Shown: positions 25,190 through 37,651, counted from the first letter of the whole stretch. The stretch is 49,483 nucleotides of DNA, filler included, from Jimgerdemannia flammicorona (GCA_003990765.1; 2 parts of 2 records of this genome joined end to end with filler, not necessarily neighbours in it), one strand, 5' to 3'. The notes: generated by a model from the letters alone, not told the origin. Numbers and translations: made by a program.

Positions 25190-25840
25190 ATCCTGAGGAT
25201 ATACGTATATAATTCAATTATCAAATTCATTGTACGACCAACATCATGTCTTCTTCTCTTTACACTCAATCGTCTTCATAAGGGTTTTCACTCCCACCCA
25301 CCTCCCTGTTTCGTACACCTTATGTAAGTCGGGTTCTTCGAACTGACCGATGCAACGCTTCGAGATTGAAATATTCCTCATGAACGTATACACATACAAA
25401 CATATACTCATCCAATCGATTATCATTTACGCTTTATACATATACGGGTGGCAGTTAATAGAGGGTACGGGTAAGGAAGACGGGAATTTAACCATCACGT
25501 CACGTACGATCGGGCAAGAATTCAGGGATAGCGCGTTAAAGAAACGTTTTAGTCGATTAGGCAATCCATATACGTATATCATTCAATTGTCAAATTCATT
25601 GTACGACCAACATCTGTTTTCTTCCCCTTACGCTCAATCGTCTTCATACGGTTTTTCCCTCCTACCCACCTCCGTGTTTCGTACACCTTATGTATGTCGG
25701 GTTCTTCGAACTGACCGATGCAACGCATTCGAGATAGAAATATACAAACATATACCCATCCAACCGGGTATCACTTACGGTTTATGCATATACGGGTGGC
25801 AGTTAATTGAGGGTATGGGTTATCGGAGAAGGAAGACGGT
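25190..25840 (+). repeat. Two tandem copies of conserved ~310-bp non-coding module A
   Basis: Core GTCGGGTTCTTCGAACTGACCGATGCAACGC at ~25328 and ~25697; also ~28405, ~48480, ~48917. Confidence 0.85.
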
Positions 25841-25919
25841 GCCGCGGTCTGCGGTCTGGGCCAAAATTTCGATCGTATGTCACATGCCACTTAAGGTGAC
25901 GTGCTGTGGGTGACGCTAC

Positions 25920-26400
25920 GAAAAATCCCCAGGCAGTGCACCATTTTATTATTTTATAATAAAATTAAAGGAAAACAACCTAAGGGATTATATATATTTT
26001 TTCGTTACTTCATATTATAATGCTGCCTTTGTTGGACAGCAATTTTGGACACTTTCACAATAGCAAGGTGCAATGCTGCCATCCAAGAGTTGTAAAAGGG
26101 ATCTGGCTTAGCAAGCTAGAAACTATACACAATCCGCACACCGCAGCACAATGCAATGGGTCCACCCACCGTAGTCCCCGATTTTAGGATTAATGCCCTC
26201 CGCCTGTGCCAGAATGGCAACGACTCTGGTGTGGCCGTATACCACTACGTATCTCTTTACCAGATTCAAAAAACACAACTACGATAAATAATTTTCCAGG
26301 AAAATGCCACGGAGTTCACTGTATTTCCTTTTCCCCTTATTTTTTTTATTTTATTTTTATTTTTTAATCAGTTGTTGTCACTGAATCAGAGTATAAAATG
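25920..26400 (+). repeat. Kinase-flanking module B
   Basis: ccaccgtagtccccgattttagga...gtgccagaa... recurs at ~28650-29050, ~47800-48260 (inverted) and 49150-49483. Confidence 0.85.
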
Positions 26401-26910
26401 CCTATGACGTCACTATACAGACACAATATTTGGTTTGTGTGTGTATATTGAAATCAATAAAGAAAACGTTTTATTAATACTAATCATGAAAGACATGAGG
26501 GAAATATGGTGAACATAAGCAGCCTGGCCAATGTCATACAGTTGTTACTATAGTAAATAATGTACTTCCTGTGACAGTTAGACACATCATGCACACACTC
26601 ATTTATTATGATACATATAGTATGGTATCAAAGCATGTATAGTCTTGCCGTATATAGTATTCCAAACATATGACAATGATAGTTCTGATAATTATGCACA
26701 GTGTACAGAAAATATAGCCAAGCATGCTTGTGTCTCTAATAGCAGGAAATTGAATGTTATTGATAAGTGCAAAACAAATTATATTGGAGATATATACTTT
26801 GGGGCAAGGAGACAACAAAAATGTGAAATACATTTAAACAGTGACTGATTCATAGTGTTAACTATTATGTAAAGTAGATAATGTTTATATTAAGTGGTTA
26901 TTGACAAAAA

Positions 26911-26948
<38 letters not shown>

Positions 26949-27029
26949 CAGCATATTGTAAACGACCCGACAGCATATCTTGATTATCAAGCATCTCATT
27001 GTGAACGTTCAAAGAAACAGTGGGTTCGA

Positions 27030-28062
27030 TCACTGCTCTCTCCAGGAAACATGACAACGAATCACGCCATCGGCTCTTTCTCCAGCTCCACCCGAATTTC
27101 CGGAATGATTGCTATCGTCTGCGGCGAGAAGGGCACGGAAATCATCTTGAATGACCTCCGCCATTTCTCCAACCGCACATCGACCTGGGCATGCGTGGAC
27201 GTAACTGAGGGGTTGTCAACAATCTTGTAGCAGAGACGCAAACTCGAGCGATGCGTCAGGAATCATTCGCTCGCGCCTACCGTCCAGGTTTTCCTTAACG
27301 GGTGTAATTTCGGTGGGACCCTGGTGGTGAATTGCCAGAGGACAGCGGCGAGGCAATATACGTCCGCAGACCCAGAAATTGGTTGTTTGTCGGCGATATA
27401 TTCCGGCAAGAGGTGCTCGCAGCGACCGCAGTGGCCCGCTTTGGTGAAAAGTTCATCAAGTGGTGTAGCGAAGCCGAGATCGATAAGGTCGTTTGGGGTC
27501 TCGAGTATGATGTTTCCGAGGTGGAGGTCATTATGGGCGTAGCCGAATGCGTGAAGTTTGGCGAAACAGTATGAGAGACGGGAGGACAACTGTGCAATGA
27601 GGTGCCAGTTATTGGAGTGGTGAGAAATGGCGACTTCGAGGGTGGCGTGTGGAGCGAATTCAAATGCCATTATCTTTAGGATGATGAGACCGATTAAGCA
27701 GACGGTGAATCCTACATCATGGACGGGCAGACGTTTAAGACCAGCTGCGTGAAATAAAAGTGGCAGCAGAAGTTGAATTATGACAAAAGTTGAACATAAT
27801 CGTTTTTCACATATCTCGAAGGGGCACAACTCTACCTCCTCGATTCCACCGTGCAATTCCTAAAGCGCAAAATGCCTCTCGGCATTCCGAATGTCTACAG
27901 AGATGGTTCTTTTTATACACCTTGGCAAACCGGTTCAGTGGGATCCAGACAATGTAGTCCCCGAGCTGTGGAACTCTCAGCCGGTCGAAACAAGCTTTGT
28001 GACGGTGGATGCTTGCTGTTGTAGAATCAATTAGGCTTTTTAGTGATGGGAGGTTTGATCAT
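27030..28062 (-). pseudogene. Protein kinase pseudogene K1 (closest to K8 at 45940)
   Basis: CACCTCAAAATG start; HNDLHLGNI, DLGFA, GRCEHLLPE; several deletions and frameshifts. Confidence 0.9.
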
Positions 28063-28075
28063 TTTGAGGTGAGGC

Positions 28076-28223
28076 CACGTGGATACACGTGCTATGGGTT
28101 AAGTGGCTTATTTAGCAGTCACAGAACCAACTTCCGAGGGTTAGAGCACGTGATGTATGCTCGAAAATTTGAGCCAGACCGCGGCACGTGAAATTTGACG
28201 TGCAAGGTAAACCCTGCCACGTG
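28076..28223. promoter_or_regulatory. Cluster of five CACGTG E-boxes
   Basis: CACGTG at 28076, 28086, 28147, 28185, 28218. Confidence 0.55.
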
Positions 28224-28264
28224 GTCTCGAACGCACTCTAAGTGTTATCTGGACCCACACATAA

Positions 28265-29050
28265 TAGGGATAGCGCGTTAGAGACATGCCATTACTCAAT
28301 TAGGCAATCTGTGCAATTACGCGGCTTCTAGTTCATTTTCTCTTCACTCAGTCCATCCCGCACAGTTTTTCTACTCTCACCCACCTTCCTCTTGTACATT
28401 TTCTGTCGGGTTCTGCGAACTGACCAATGCTTTCGAGACAGAAACATTACTCATGTACTCATTCACCCATAATAATAATAATAAACCAAAGAAATCATCT
28501 ATCTATATCATAAGAGTAGTGGTGCGGGGATTTAAACGTAGTTAACATGCCCCTTAACACCACGATAAATCTTCCAGGCGATGCGCCGTTTATTATTTCA
28601 TAACAAATGAAAAAAAACACAATCTAAAGGGGGGGTTTTTTTTTTTTTTTCGTTACCTCCTATTAGAATGAGACGGCAAATTCCTCGGACACTTGCAGAG
28701 TAGCAGGGTGCAACGCTCTCATCCCTTTCTCGTCAGGTTTATAAAAGGAATCTGTTTAGCAAGGTGGAAATCACCCCAAGTGGCGCACCATATCTGGTGC
28801 AAAAGGTCTGTCCACCGTAGTCCCCGATTTTAGGAATAACACCCTGTGCCAGAAGAGTAATGATTCCGCCGGTATGGTCATATGTCACCGCATACGTCCT
28901 TGCCAAATTCAAAAAACATAGCTACAAAAACCATTTTCTGGGGAAATGCCTGGGGTTTCAATCACTGAGATCTTAGATGCACTTTTTTTTTTTTTTTCAA
29001 CTAGTAGTTGCAACTAAATCAGAACATTAAATGCCACTCAATTGAACGTA
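28265..29050 (+). repeat. Non-coding block (partial module A + spacer + module B) directly repeated at ~48838-49483
   Basis: Colinear shared strings such as ctatatcat.agagtagt, aacaccacgataaatct, ctcggacacttgcagag. Confidence 0.8.
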
Positions 29051-29679
29051 CGTCAATCTATGTCGTTGATATGTGTGGATGTGCGGGAGACGATTACGCA
29101 ATATTCGGTTTGTCCATGTCGAAATCGACAGATGTGAACCATATTTACACAATGTCAAGAAATAATCCGGCTCCTCGATCGCCACAATTAATGTAATAAA
29201 TGTAAGCATCATGGCACCGTATCAGCCTGACACCGTATTTTTCAGAGCTGAACACTTGCTGCCATATACAGCGTCCTGCGACGGTTAAACCCGCCATGCC
29301 CACGCTCATTTATTGCGATGTGCTGTTGTATCAACGCACGATGGCCCCGCCATATATGACATTCCACACAGATATCGACGACAGATGCACGTGTGTTTGC
29401 AGTCACTATGGTTCAAATCTTTGCTTCAGAAATGACCATGACCATGACATTATGTACAGGTACAGGAAACTACAGCCAAAAACGCGGTTGTGTCCGATGG
29501 ATGTTATTGACAATAACGAAACAAATGAAAGGGACAACATATACCATAGAGCAGGGAGAAACTAAAACGTAAAGTACATTTAAATGGCTACTGTTTCATA
29601 GTGTTAACTTTTCTATCATATTATATACTTAAAGTAGAGAATACTTATATTCAGTGAATATTTTAACAAACGAACAAGA

Positions 29680-29713
<34 letters not shown>

Positions 29714-29774
29714 CTGGCATATTTGTAAAAGGTCTGATAGCATATATAAATTCTTAATAATCAATACAATGCTG

Positions 29775-31034
29775 TTAATTTAACACATAACGACGCAACG
29801 CTTTCTCAGTCCATATACCGAAATCAAAAAAGAGCGGGGCAGGAGAAGTGGGAACAGTCATGAAGTGTTTAATGAATCCTATCTCCATGACACCCGATAA
29901 CGAATCATGCGCCACCCGATCTCTCTCAAACTCTACCTGAAGTTCCGTAATGAACGCTATTGTCTGTGGCGAAAACGGCATAGAAATTCCGTTGAATGCC
30001 CTCCGCCATTTCTTCAACCGCGCATAGACCTCCTGCATGGATGGGCGTGATTGAGGTTCAGGTTGCCAACACTCTCGGAGCAGAGATGCAAACTCGAGCG
30101 GTGCATCAGGGATCATTCGCTCGCGTAATCCATCCGAGATTTCCTCAACAGCTATAGATGCATCGCCTTTCGGTGGGACGCCTGTGCTATAATGCCAAAT
30201 GACGGTGGCGAGGCAATATACGTCCTCTGCCGACGTTTGTGATTTGTTGGCAAAAAATTCTGGCGGGAGGTACTCGCGGCGGCCGCAGTGTCCCGGTTGG
30301 GTGACAGGCTCGTCGAAGGGTGTGGCGAGTCCAAGATCAATAAGGAGCGGGTGGTGAGGGGACTTGAGCATGATGTTTCCAGGGTGGAGGTCATGATGGG
30401 CATAGCCGAATGCGTGAAGGTTGGCTAGACGATGTGCAAGACGGGAGAATAGCCGCGCAATGAGGAGCCAGTCATTGGAATTGTCCGAAATTGTGGCTTC
30501 GAGGGTGCCGTGTGTAGCGAATTCGAATACCATTAAGTAACGGTGAGTGGTAGGATGTTGAGATAGGCCGATTAGGGGGACGGTGACGCCTACGCCATTG
30601 GCGGTCAGGCAGACGTTTAGGACAAACTGTGTGAGCCGATTAAGCAGCACGAGTTGGAGTAAGACAAAGTTGAACATAATCGTTTCGCATGCATTTCGAA
30701 AGTGCAAAACTCGTACCTCCTCCATTCTACCATTCATTTCCTTGAGTGCGAAATGCTCCTCGGCATTCCCAATGTTGGCAGCGATGGTTCCTTTATACAC
30801 CTTGGCGAAACCACCCTCGTCGAGAAAGTTGAAGTTTGTGAATTGGTTCGGTGAGATCCAGACAATATAGTCTGCAAGCTGTGGGACTCCCAGCCGGCCG
30901 AGGTGATGTTCAAGGGTGTTAGGATCTGGGAAACGGGCTTTGTTATGGCGGATGCAATTTGTTGCATAATTATTTGGGTTATCGAGTGACGGGAGGCGGT
31001 CTAGTAGTGAAGTGAGGCGATGAGGTTCGATCAT
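29775..31034 (-). CDS. TKL-like non-RD protein kinase K2, 389 aa after removing intron 30627-30716
   Basis: EGGFAKVYKG, FALKE, HHDLHPGNI, IDLGLA, GRREYLPPE, DVYCLA, CWQPEPQSRP; 90-nt GTACGA...ACAG intron. Confidence 0.92.
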   Translation of the reverse strand: MIEPHRLTSLLDRLPSLDNPNNYATNCIRHNKARFPDPNTLEHHLGRLGVPQLADYIVWISPNQFTNFNFLDEGGFAKVYKGTIAANIGNAEEHFALKEMNGRMEEVRVLHFRNACETIMFNFVLLQLVLLNRLTQFVLNVCLTANGVGVTVPLIGLSQHPTTHRYLMVFEFATHGTLEATISDNSNDWLLIARLFSRLAHRLANLHAFGYAHHDLHPGNIMLKSPHHPLLIDLGLATPFDEPVTQPGHCGRREYLPPEFFANKSQTSAEDVYCLATVIWHYSTGVPPKGDASIAVEEISDGLRERMIPDAPLEFASLLRECWQPEPQSRPSMQEVYARLKKWRRAFNGISMPFSPQTIAFITELQVEFERDRVAHDSLSGVMEIGFIKHFMTVPTSPAPLFFDFGIWTEKALRRYVLN

Positions 31035-31107
31035 TGAGTGACAAAGGAGTGAAGGAGGGAGGGGTGAAAATGGAAATGGCGGCAAGGAATGGTATGAACA
31101 TCGATTG

Positions 31108-31180
31108 GCAGTCACAAGATCATTTACGGCAAACTAGTTTAGCAATAGCAGTCACAAGATCATTTACGGCAAACTAGTTT
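31108..31180. repeat. 40-bp-period direct duplication upstream of K2
   Basis: gcagtcacaagatcatttacggcaaactagttt twice. Confidence 0.9.
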
Positions 31181-32035
31181 AAGGAATGAAAGCAATAGCC
31201 GAGATTTGGCGCCGCAGCTCGGACCCGGGTTTCGGATCAAATTTGGCACTGGCTTGGAATTACCCGTGTTTACGAGCTCGTGCCCTTTGAGTAGAAACGG
31301 CGCATCTAGATTCTAGATCCTAACAATGTAGTATAATAATATAATATGTACGCATGCAAGAGTCAAGGGATGAATTGTTCCGACGGAGCTGTTTGTTTTT
31401 CGGGCTCGCTCCTATAAGTCGCTGGGCCGGAATCATCCTGCATTGACCCATTATAATACTGAATCCAAATATAAGGCAAAACCTTCCATTTTCTACGCTT
31501 TTCATTACTCGAATTTCGACCACGTGCCTCATAAACATCTATCATGGGCCTCGTGACTATTGATCATGTGCTACAAATGGTGATACGGTTTTAAGTCTGG
31601 TACAAACCACATCATGTGACCAAATGTTTGTGACTGCTACCATAGCCAAACCATCGGAATCGTGATGTCATAATGTAAAGTTTGCATCTATATCATCTTC
31701 CTATATATATCTATTGTAATATCAAATGTTGACTATATTTCTTACTCTATAATAGAGAACATAGCTAAGCAGGTGATTTTTATTCTGGAAAAAACGGTAT
31801 TTTCAAAAATGTGTTTTTTATTATAAATAACTCAATTTGTTCAAAAATAAAAATTCATTTTTTTGGTAAAATTTTGACCAAAAAAAATTATAAAAATTAT
31901 TAGTAAAAGAAATTTTTCAAAGCTATTACAATATAGTGAATTATCATCTATTTGTCAAATTTGACTATATTATAAAGTAAGGGATATATCAGGCTAAATT
32001 CTTAATCTGAAGTCAATCTCTTTAAATACTATTGA

Positions 32036-32390
32036 TAGTACTTAGAATAAATCAAATCAATCTCAATTTGATTCAAATCAAGGTCCAATTCAATTTAAGT
32101 TTAATTTGAACCTAATTTTTCAAAATCTAATAACTTAATCAAAATATATCAAAATTTAATAAATTTTAGCTCATTAGATAGACCTTATTATAGAAAATAT
32201 AGCACAGTAAAGAATATTAAATTTGGCTGTGTTTTCATTAAGTTATTGTATTTTGAAGTTGGGATAAAGATTTTGAAGCAAATTGGACCTCAATTCAATT
32301 TGAACTCAATTTAATTTGAATTGAAAATCTCCTTTAAATAATCCCCAATTCAATTTGATTCAAATTGATTCAATTTATTTGAGAGTACTA
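32036..32390. mobile_element. Second hAT-type MITE, 355 bp, 8-bp TSD
   Basis: Termini TAGTACTTAGAATAAAT...ATTTATTTGAGAGTACTA; TSD ACTATTGA at 32028-32035 and 32391-32398. Confidence 0.85.
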
Positions 32391-32669
32391 ACTATTGATA
32401 ATAAACTACCTTTTGCTCTGTGAGACTGCAAGGAACTTTGCTGTATTTATCTTTTTTTTTTTTTTTTTTTTTTTTGAACACATTCTAACTGGGTTTTGTA
32501 TTCATATTTTTTAGAGAAAAGGTCCAACTTATATTTTGAAGCTGAAGTTGATAGTGCTCAAGTTATTGCAACTAAGTTAAATTTCCTAAAGGGGAAGCTA
32601 ACAGATTTTTATTATACTTTAAAAATCTCCCATTTCATCTCAATCGTCGTTCCGTCATCTGACTGGTGC

Positions 32670-33125
32670 GGACGGACGATTGTGGCGGACGCGGATGGAT
32701 GATTGAGGCGGACGCGGACGGACGATTGAGGCAGAGGAGGACAGACGATTGAGGCGGACGCGGACGGACGATTGAGGCAAAGACGGAAGGACGATTGAGG
32801 TGGACGCGGACAGACGATTGAGGCGGACGCAGATGGGCGATTGAGGCAAAGGAAGACGGACGATTGAGATGGACGCGGACTGACGATTGAGGTCGGCGTG
32901 GACGGACGATTGAGGCGGACGCAGTTGAGGTGGATGATTGAGACAGACAAATGATTGGGATGGAAAACGTATTATATTTACATTTACATTTCTATATTAC
33001 CTCAAACCTCTGCCCGCGTCCGCCTCAATTATCCGTCTGCGTCCGCCTCAATCGTCCGTCCGCGCCTCAATCGTCCATCCGCGCCCACCTCAATCGTCTG
33101 TCCGCGTCCACCTCAATCGTCTGCC
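32670..33125. repeat. Fold-back array of 23-bp units (GACGATTGAGGCGGACGCGGACG), ~11-12 forward then ~5 inverted
   Basis: Forward units 32675-32945, AT-rich spacer of ~60 bp, reverse-complement units 33012-33125. Confidence 0.92.
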
Positions 33126-33129
33126 TCAT

Positions 33130-34930
33130 TTATTTTATAATTGTTACAGCATTATAAATTTATATAGGATTTCCTTTTTAAGAAGTATATTCTGGCGCAA
33201 AAATCTGATGTATATAATAAAAATATTTTTTCCAAAAATTATATAAAATATAAAAAAAATATATATTAAAATTCTGACTCTATAAAATTACAGTAAATCA
33301 ATCAGAGAATTATTCTGTAAAGTTAGGTTTTTTAGTATTTCTTGCTTTTAAAGTTTATTAAAATTTATTAAAGTTATAGATTCACTGAACTTTATCTCTA
33401 TAAAACTATAAGAAACTCTACTATATATATATATATATTGTTTTTTTTTTAAAAAAAAAATTATTTGGTCTTTGTTTTATTGAAAAAATATTTGTTTTGT
33501 CAAAATTTATATTTTAAAGCTAAATTTATTAGTTTTTAAGTTATTATAACTAGTTAATTTTTTTTATATAAATAAACTAACTAGTCTTTACTTGTATTAT
33601 CTTATTTAAAATATTGATATATTTTAAAAATCTCTCATTTCTCATTTATCTCAATTTTCTTATTTGATTTTTATTTCATTTAACTTTTTATCTTATTTTT
33701 TTATCTAATTTATTTTTCTTTTTTATCTAATTTCTTTATCTATTATAATAATAAAATTTCTTAAAACTCTATATATTATTAAGAGACTTAATGTAAATAG
33801 TTTAAGAGACCTTTTTATTGATTTTTTCTCAGATGAAGAAGTGTAGTTCTTGTAGTAAAAATATTCAATATCTTCTTATAACTATAGTTTAAGAAATTTT
33901 TACTACAATAGACTAAATTTTTTATAATTCAGATTTTAAAAGATTTCAGAAAATTTATATATCAGTTCTCAATAAAATAAAAGTTAGCTAGACTTTTGAA
34001 GTTTAGTTAGAAATCTAAAGTAACTTAAGTATTATTAGCAAGAATATAGAAAAATTATATAAAAATAAAATATTTTCTTTATTTAAAATTAATTTATTTT
34101 AGATTTACTATTGAAATATTTATATATATTATCTAACTAATATACACTGGTTTGACTAAATAATACTAGGCTAAATTGAATATATAACTCATATTTTATT
34201 TGTTACCAAAATCAGTTACTATTTATCTAAGTTTAGAATAAAATATAAGATATATGTACTTATTCAAACTTGAGATAAAATATCAGTTATAGTTATTATC
34301 TATATTTGTATATAAGTTTTTAAGTAATAGATTAAATAATAGATTAAATAATACTTTACTATAGTCTGCATACTTCAGCTCAATATTTAGAAAGTTCAAT
34401 ATATCATTTTGTTAACTCATTTACTTATCTCATTAATCTTTTTATATATTATTAGATTGTTTATAATATTATTACCAGATTATATAATTATCATTTATAT
34501 CCTCTTTATTTAATATAATTCTCATTATATTTCTCCTCTCTTAGAAATCAATGTTTATATTTATTATATCATCTATCTGAAAGATAAGAGTCAGGAGAAT
34601 GAATTTGTTATCTAAGTTTCAGTTCAATCTCTTGATATTATTAAAGATAATGAGATTAGAAAATAGATCTTATGGGCCTTCTTATATATAGAGAGCTTCT
34701 TCAGAGATATGCTAGAGTTCTCTTGTATCAAGTGGGTCTATATTTATTAAATCAATTTCTGATATATATCAGGGAGGTTCAGAGGAAGATCTCTATTGGA
34801 TGTAGTTGGGGCCATTAAAATAGAGTATCTGTCTCATATCTGTTGATATTTTGACATAAGAGTTTAGGCCTTCAAATATACTAGCGAGACTCTGAAGCTA
34901 CTGATCAGAGTTATTATTGGGTACTAGATT
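33130..34930. other. Extremely AT-rich, CpG-depleted degenerate sequence, probably an old transposon relic
   Basis: Composition only (TA-rich, almost no CG, no ORFs); family not identifiable. Confidence 0.4.
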
Positions 34931-34986
34931 ATCAGACCTGTCGGTTTGATTTTAATTTTTATTCACCATTGCCGATTCATATCACA

Positions 34987-35742
34987 CCTGACCAGGTCTT
35001 CGATTTCAATGCAATGTTCAATAGGCTGGGCCAGCCCATTGGGTATCATATTGAACAATTTGTCTTCAAGTTCTCAAATCCCCGCAGCACCATAAACGTC
35101 ACCTTGCAAGCAACGCCAATCTATTGAACAGCCTTCGCCCAGTGCCACCTTACTCTCACCAACCCCCCCCCCTCGCAATGACCCTTTCCGGAACCGCAGA
35201 TTTAAGAAGGGCGTAAAGCCAAATAGCAATTTAGTCACCAGCAAGCCCCCACCCCCACTGAGAAAATACTGCCCTTTTTGAACTTTTTGCTCATCCCCTC
35301 AACCTTCAACTCCTCCTCCCACTCTGATATGCTCATACTGACCCCAGCCACCTACGAACAATTCTTTTCCACACCCCTCTATGCTGAGGAGTATCAAATG
35401 AACGTCAACATCCGTGCCTTTGACCTCCGAGCTGTCCCCATCACTCAAAATGGTAGCTCATTTGTCCTTGCGGTCCCAGGGCTTGCTGAAAGCACCCCTC
35501 TATACTTAGAGGTAATCGAATCTATGTCGTTGAGACTGGTGCCTTACCAGAAATGCATGGATGGAAAGGCTATGTTCACGAAATTCTCCTGACCAACATT
35601 GAGGTATGGCTCAAAAAATCGTTCCAGAGTGTGGGCGGCGGACAAGAGGTGGGACATGTGATTCTCATTCGACTGGATGCCAATTCGGGGGATGCATGCT
35701 GCGATTCAAAGTGTCGCTGGATTAGTGGAGAGGTTTTTTCTG
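34987..35742 (+). pseudogene. Fragment of a MOV10/SDE3/Armitage-like RNA helicase (pre-helicase region only)
   Basis: LRPVPPY...YEQFFSTPLYAEEYQMNVNIRAFDL...FVLAVPGLAE /frameshift/ PSILRGNRIYV...KGYVHEI /frameshift/ FSFDWMPIRGMHAAI matches the family pattern VPGLAExRPSxxxGD...GxVH...FNRxPxRxMHxA. Confidence 0.8.
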
Positions 35743-35814
35743 GTAAGGCCTGAGGACGAGGATTGGGATGAGATGCGACCATTGTTGCTGTCTCATTTCA
35801 TTTTTGTTTTTTCA

Positions 35815-36191
35815 TATTTAAATTTTCTGTCCTTTCCACAATAACTCTTTTTTTTTGGGGGGGGGGGGGGACTGTAAAAGAAATTTAACTTTCTCTGAGC
35901 ATGACACCATCAAGATGTTTCTTCCTCTTTTTTTTCAGATACTGTTATATTATGATGTTCGCTTCGACCCTTTGTTCAATGAACTTTTGAAGTTTTATTT
36001 CGGTGGATGCAATTCGCTGAGTAGCTTGTCGGATCACATTTGCTCGCCTCCGAAGCCAAAGATCTCATTTGGGCTGTGTTGATGGAGGATCGCAAACGAT
36101 ATGGCCGAATTTCTTCTCACACGATTTTTACCCTGATAGTCTATATTAATATTGAAAAATAGAATATTAAAATCGAAATAAGAGGGAGACG

Positions 36192-36272
<81 letters not shown>

Positions 36273-36560
36273 AGAAGGGTGTGTGTATGTTGGGTGTAGG
36301 GGGTGGCGGGTGGGGTGTTATACACAATACATAAGTGCGGCCAGACAAAACACTTTCGCAGACTCCATAATCCCCACACATAATTGCTTGCCCGATTGAT
36401 GATAATGTAAAAATGTTATTCTCCGAAACAAAAGGTTCAACCTTGGACAGAGCCAGACTGTCGGACAATTTGACTACCATGATAAGAACATTGGGATAAC
36501 TGAAGTGCGCTCTCCCTTGAGATGTTCGTCCCTGCTCGGGTGCTGCCAGTGATTCTTCGA
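35815..36560. repeat. Segmental duplication, paralogous to ~39645-40320
   Basis: Shared strings aattttctgtcctttccacaat, gccaaagatctyatttgggctg..gatggaggatcgcaaac, gagatgttcgyccctgctc. Confidence 0.85.
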
Positions 36561-37651
36561 GAACACAATGCCTTGGAAAGATTCTATTCGCGTAAGGATA
36601 TTCGATTTATAAGTAAGCTCTCCACCCAATGGTGAGGCGGCCTACGTAACCCAATCTTTGTGTGGTGAGGTCATTGCTTATGACATAACCCAATGGCGCA
36701 ATTCACATTTTATATACGTCATTTGCCGGGTAAGGAAAAGGTAGTCACTGAGATTTGTTAGTTCCATGTGGGTTCGTGAAAAATACCCGGCTTCCTCATT
36801 GTATGTGGTCTTGCCTGTTACAACAAAAAAATCAAAAGATCAAATATAAAACTATAAATTTACAAAAAGCTATTCTCTGGGAAAATTCCGGGGATTCAAC
36901 CACTCTGCCCTTTTGCACTGTGATTTTTCTTTCTTTCTTTCTTCCCCTTTTTTTTTTTTTCGATTAGTTAATACATACCACTGAATCAGTGCTCAAAACA
37001 GGATTTTTCCGAATATAAGAATTTCACGCGCATTGTTAATACAATGCTTGGACGCAGTATATATGTCGAAATTGACCATGTATTACATGATGTGAAAAAA
37101 TAATTAAGATTTTCAATCACCACAGGCAACCTATTGAATATAAGTAGCCCCAGCGTTTTGGTCTAGAGTCATATTAGCCAATGCCAAACGCTTGCAACTA
37201 TGTACAACATCGTGTTCCCTGCAACAGTCAGACCTGCATGCATACGCTCATTATTGTGGGGTCAACGCATGTATCGCCCCTCTGCATGGCATTCCCTATA
37301 AATATCAACAGAATGCACGTGGATTTATAGACATCATGCGCTTCGTGAGCGACTATGATGACGACAGGTCCGACCATTATGTAATTACAAGACGCAATGG
37401 AAAGCACGTGAAATCAAAAGCCACGTGTCTGATGGCTATTTCAAAGTAGCGAAATGCAAATAAATCTCTTGGAAATGAGAAATTAAAACAATAAATGTAT
37501 TTTAATGGTTACTGTTTCATAATATTTATATTTTTACAAGTGGAAAATGCTTACATTGGTGGTTATTGTATAAAAATAAATAAAATAAAAATTGGTATAT
37601 ATTCCAACTGTCTGACAGCTTGTAGATTCTAGTTGATCAATATATTTAGAA

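Noticed and set aside
25325..25375. Hammerhead ribozyme or tRNA-derived SINE in module A core
   Set aside because: CTGACCGA does not fit CUGANGA with properly placed GAAA and stems; no convincing A/B box pair or cloverleaf
31035..31115. 27-aa N-terminal extension of K2 in the ORF track
   Set aside because: Non-ATG start; the intact paralogues K3 and K8 begin at MIEPHRL
32670..33125. CRISPR-like appearance of 23-bp repeats
   Set aside because: Variable halves are short and mutually similar, not unique spacers; no cas genes; eukaryotic context
36034..36480. Poly-Phe ORFs (also 39498-39787) and poly-Lys ORF at 26901
   Set aside because: Translations of A/T homopolymer runs
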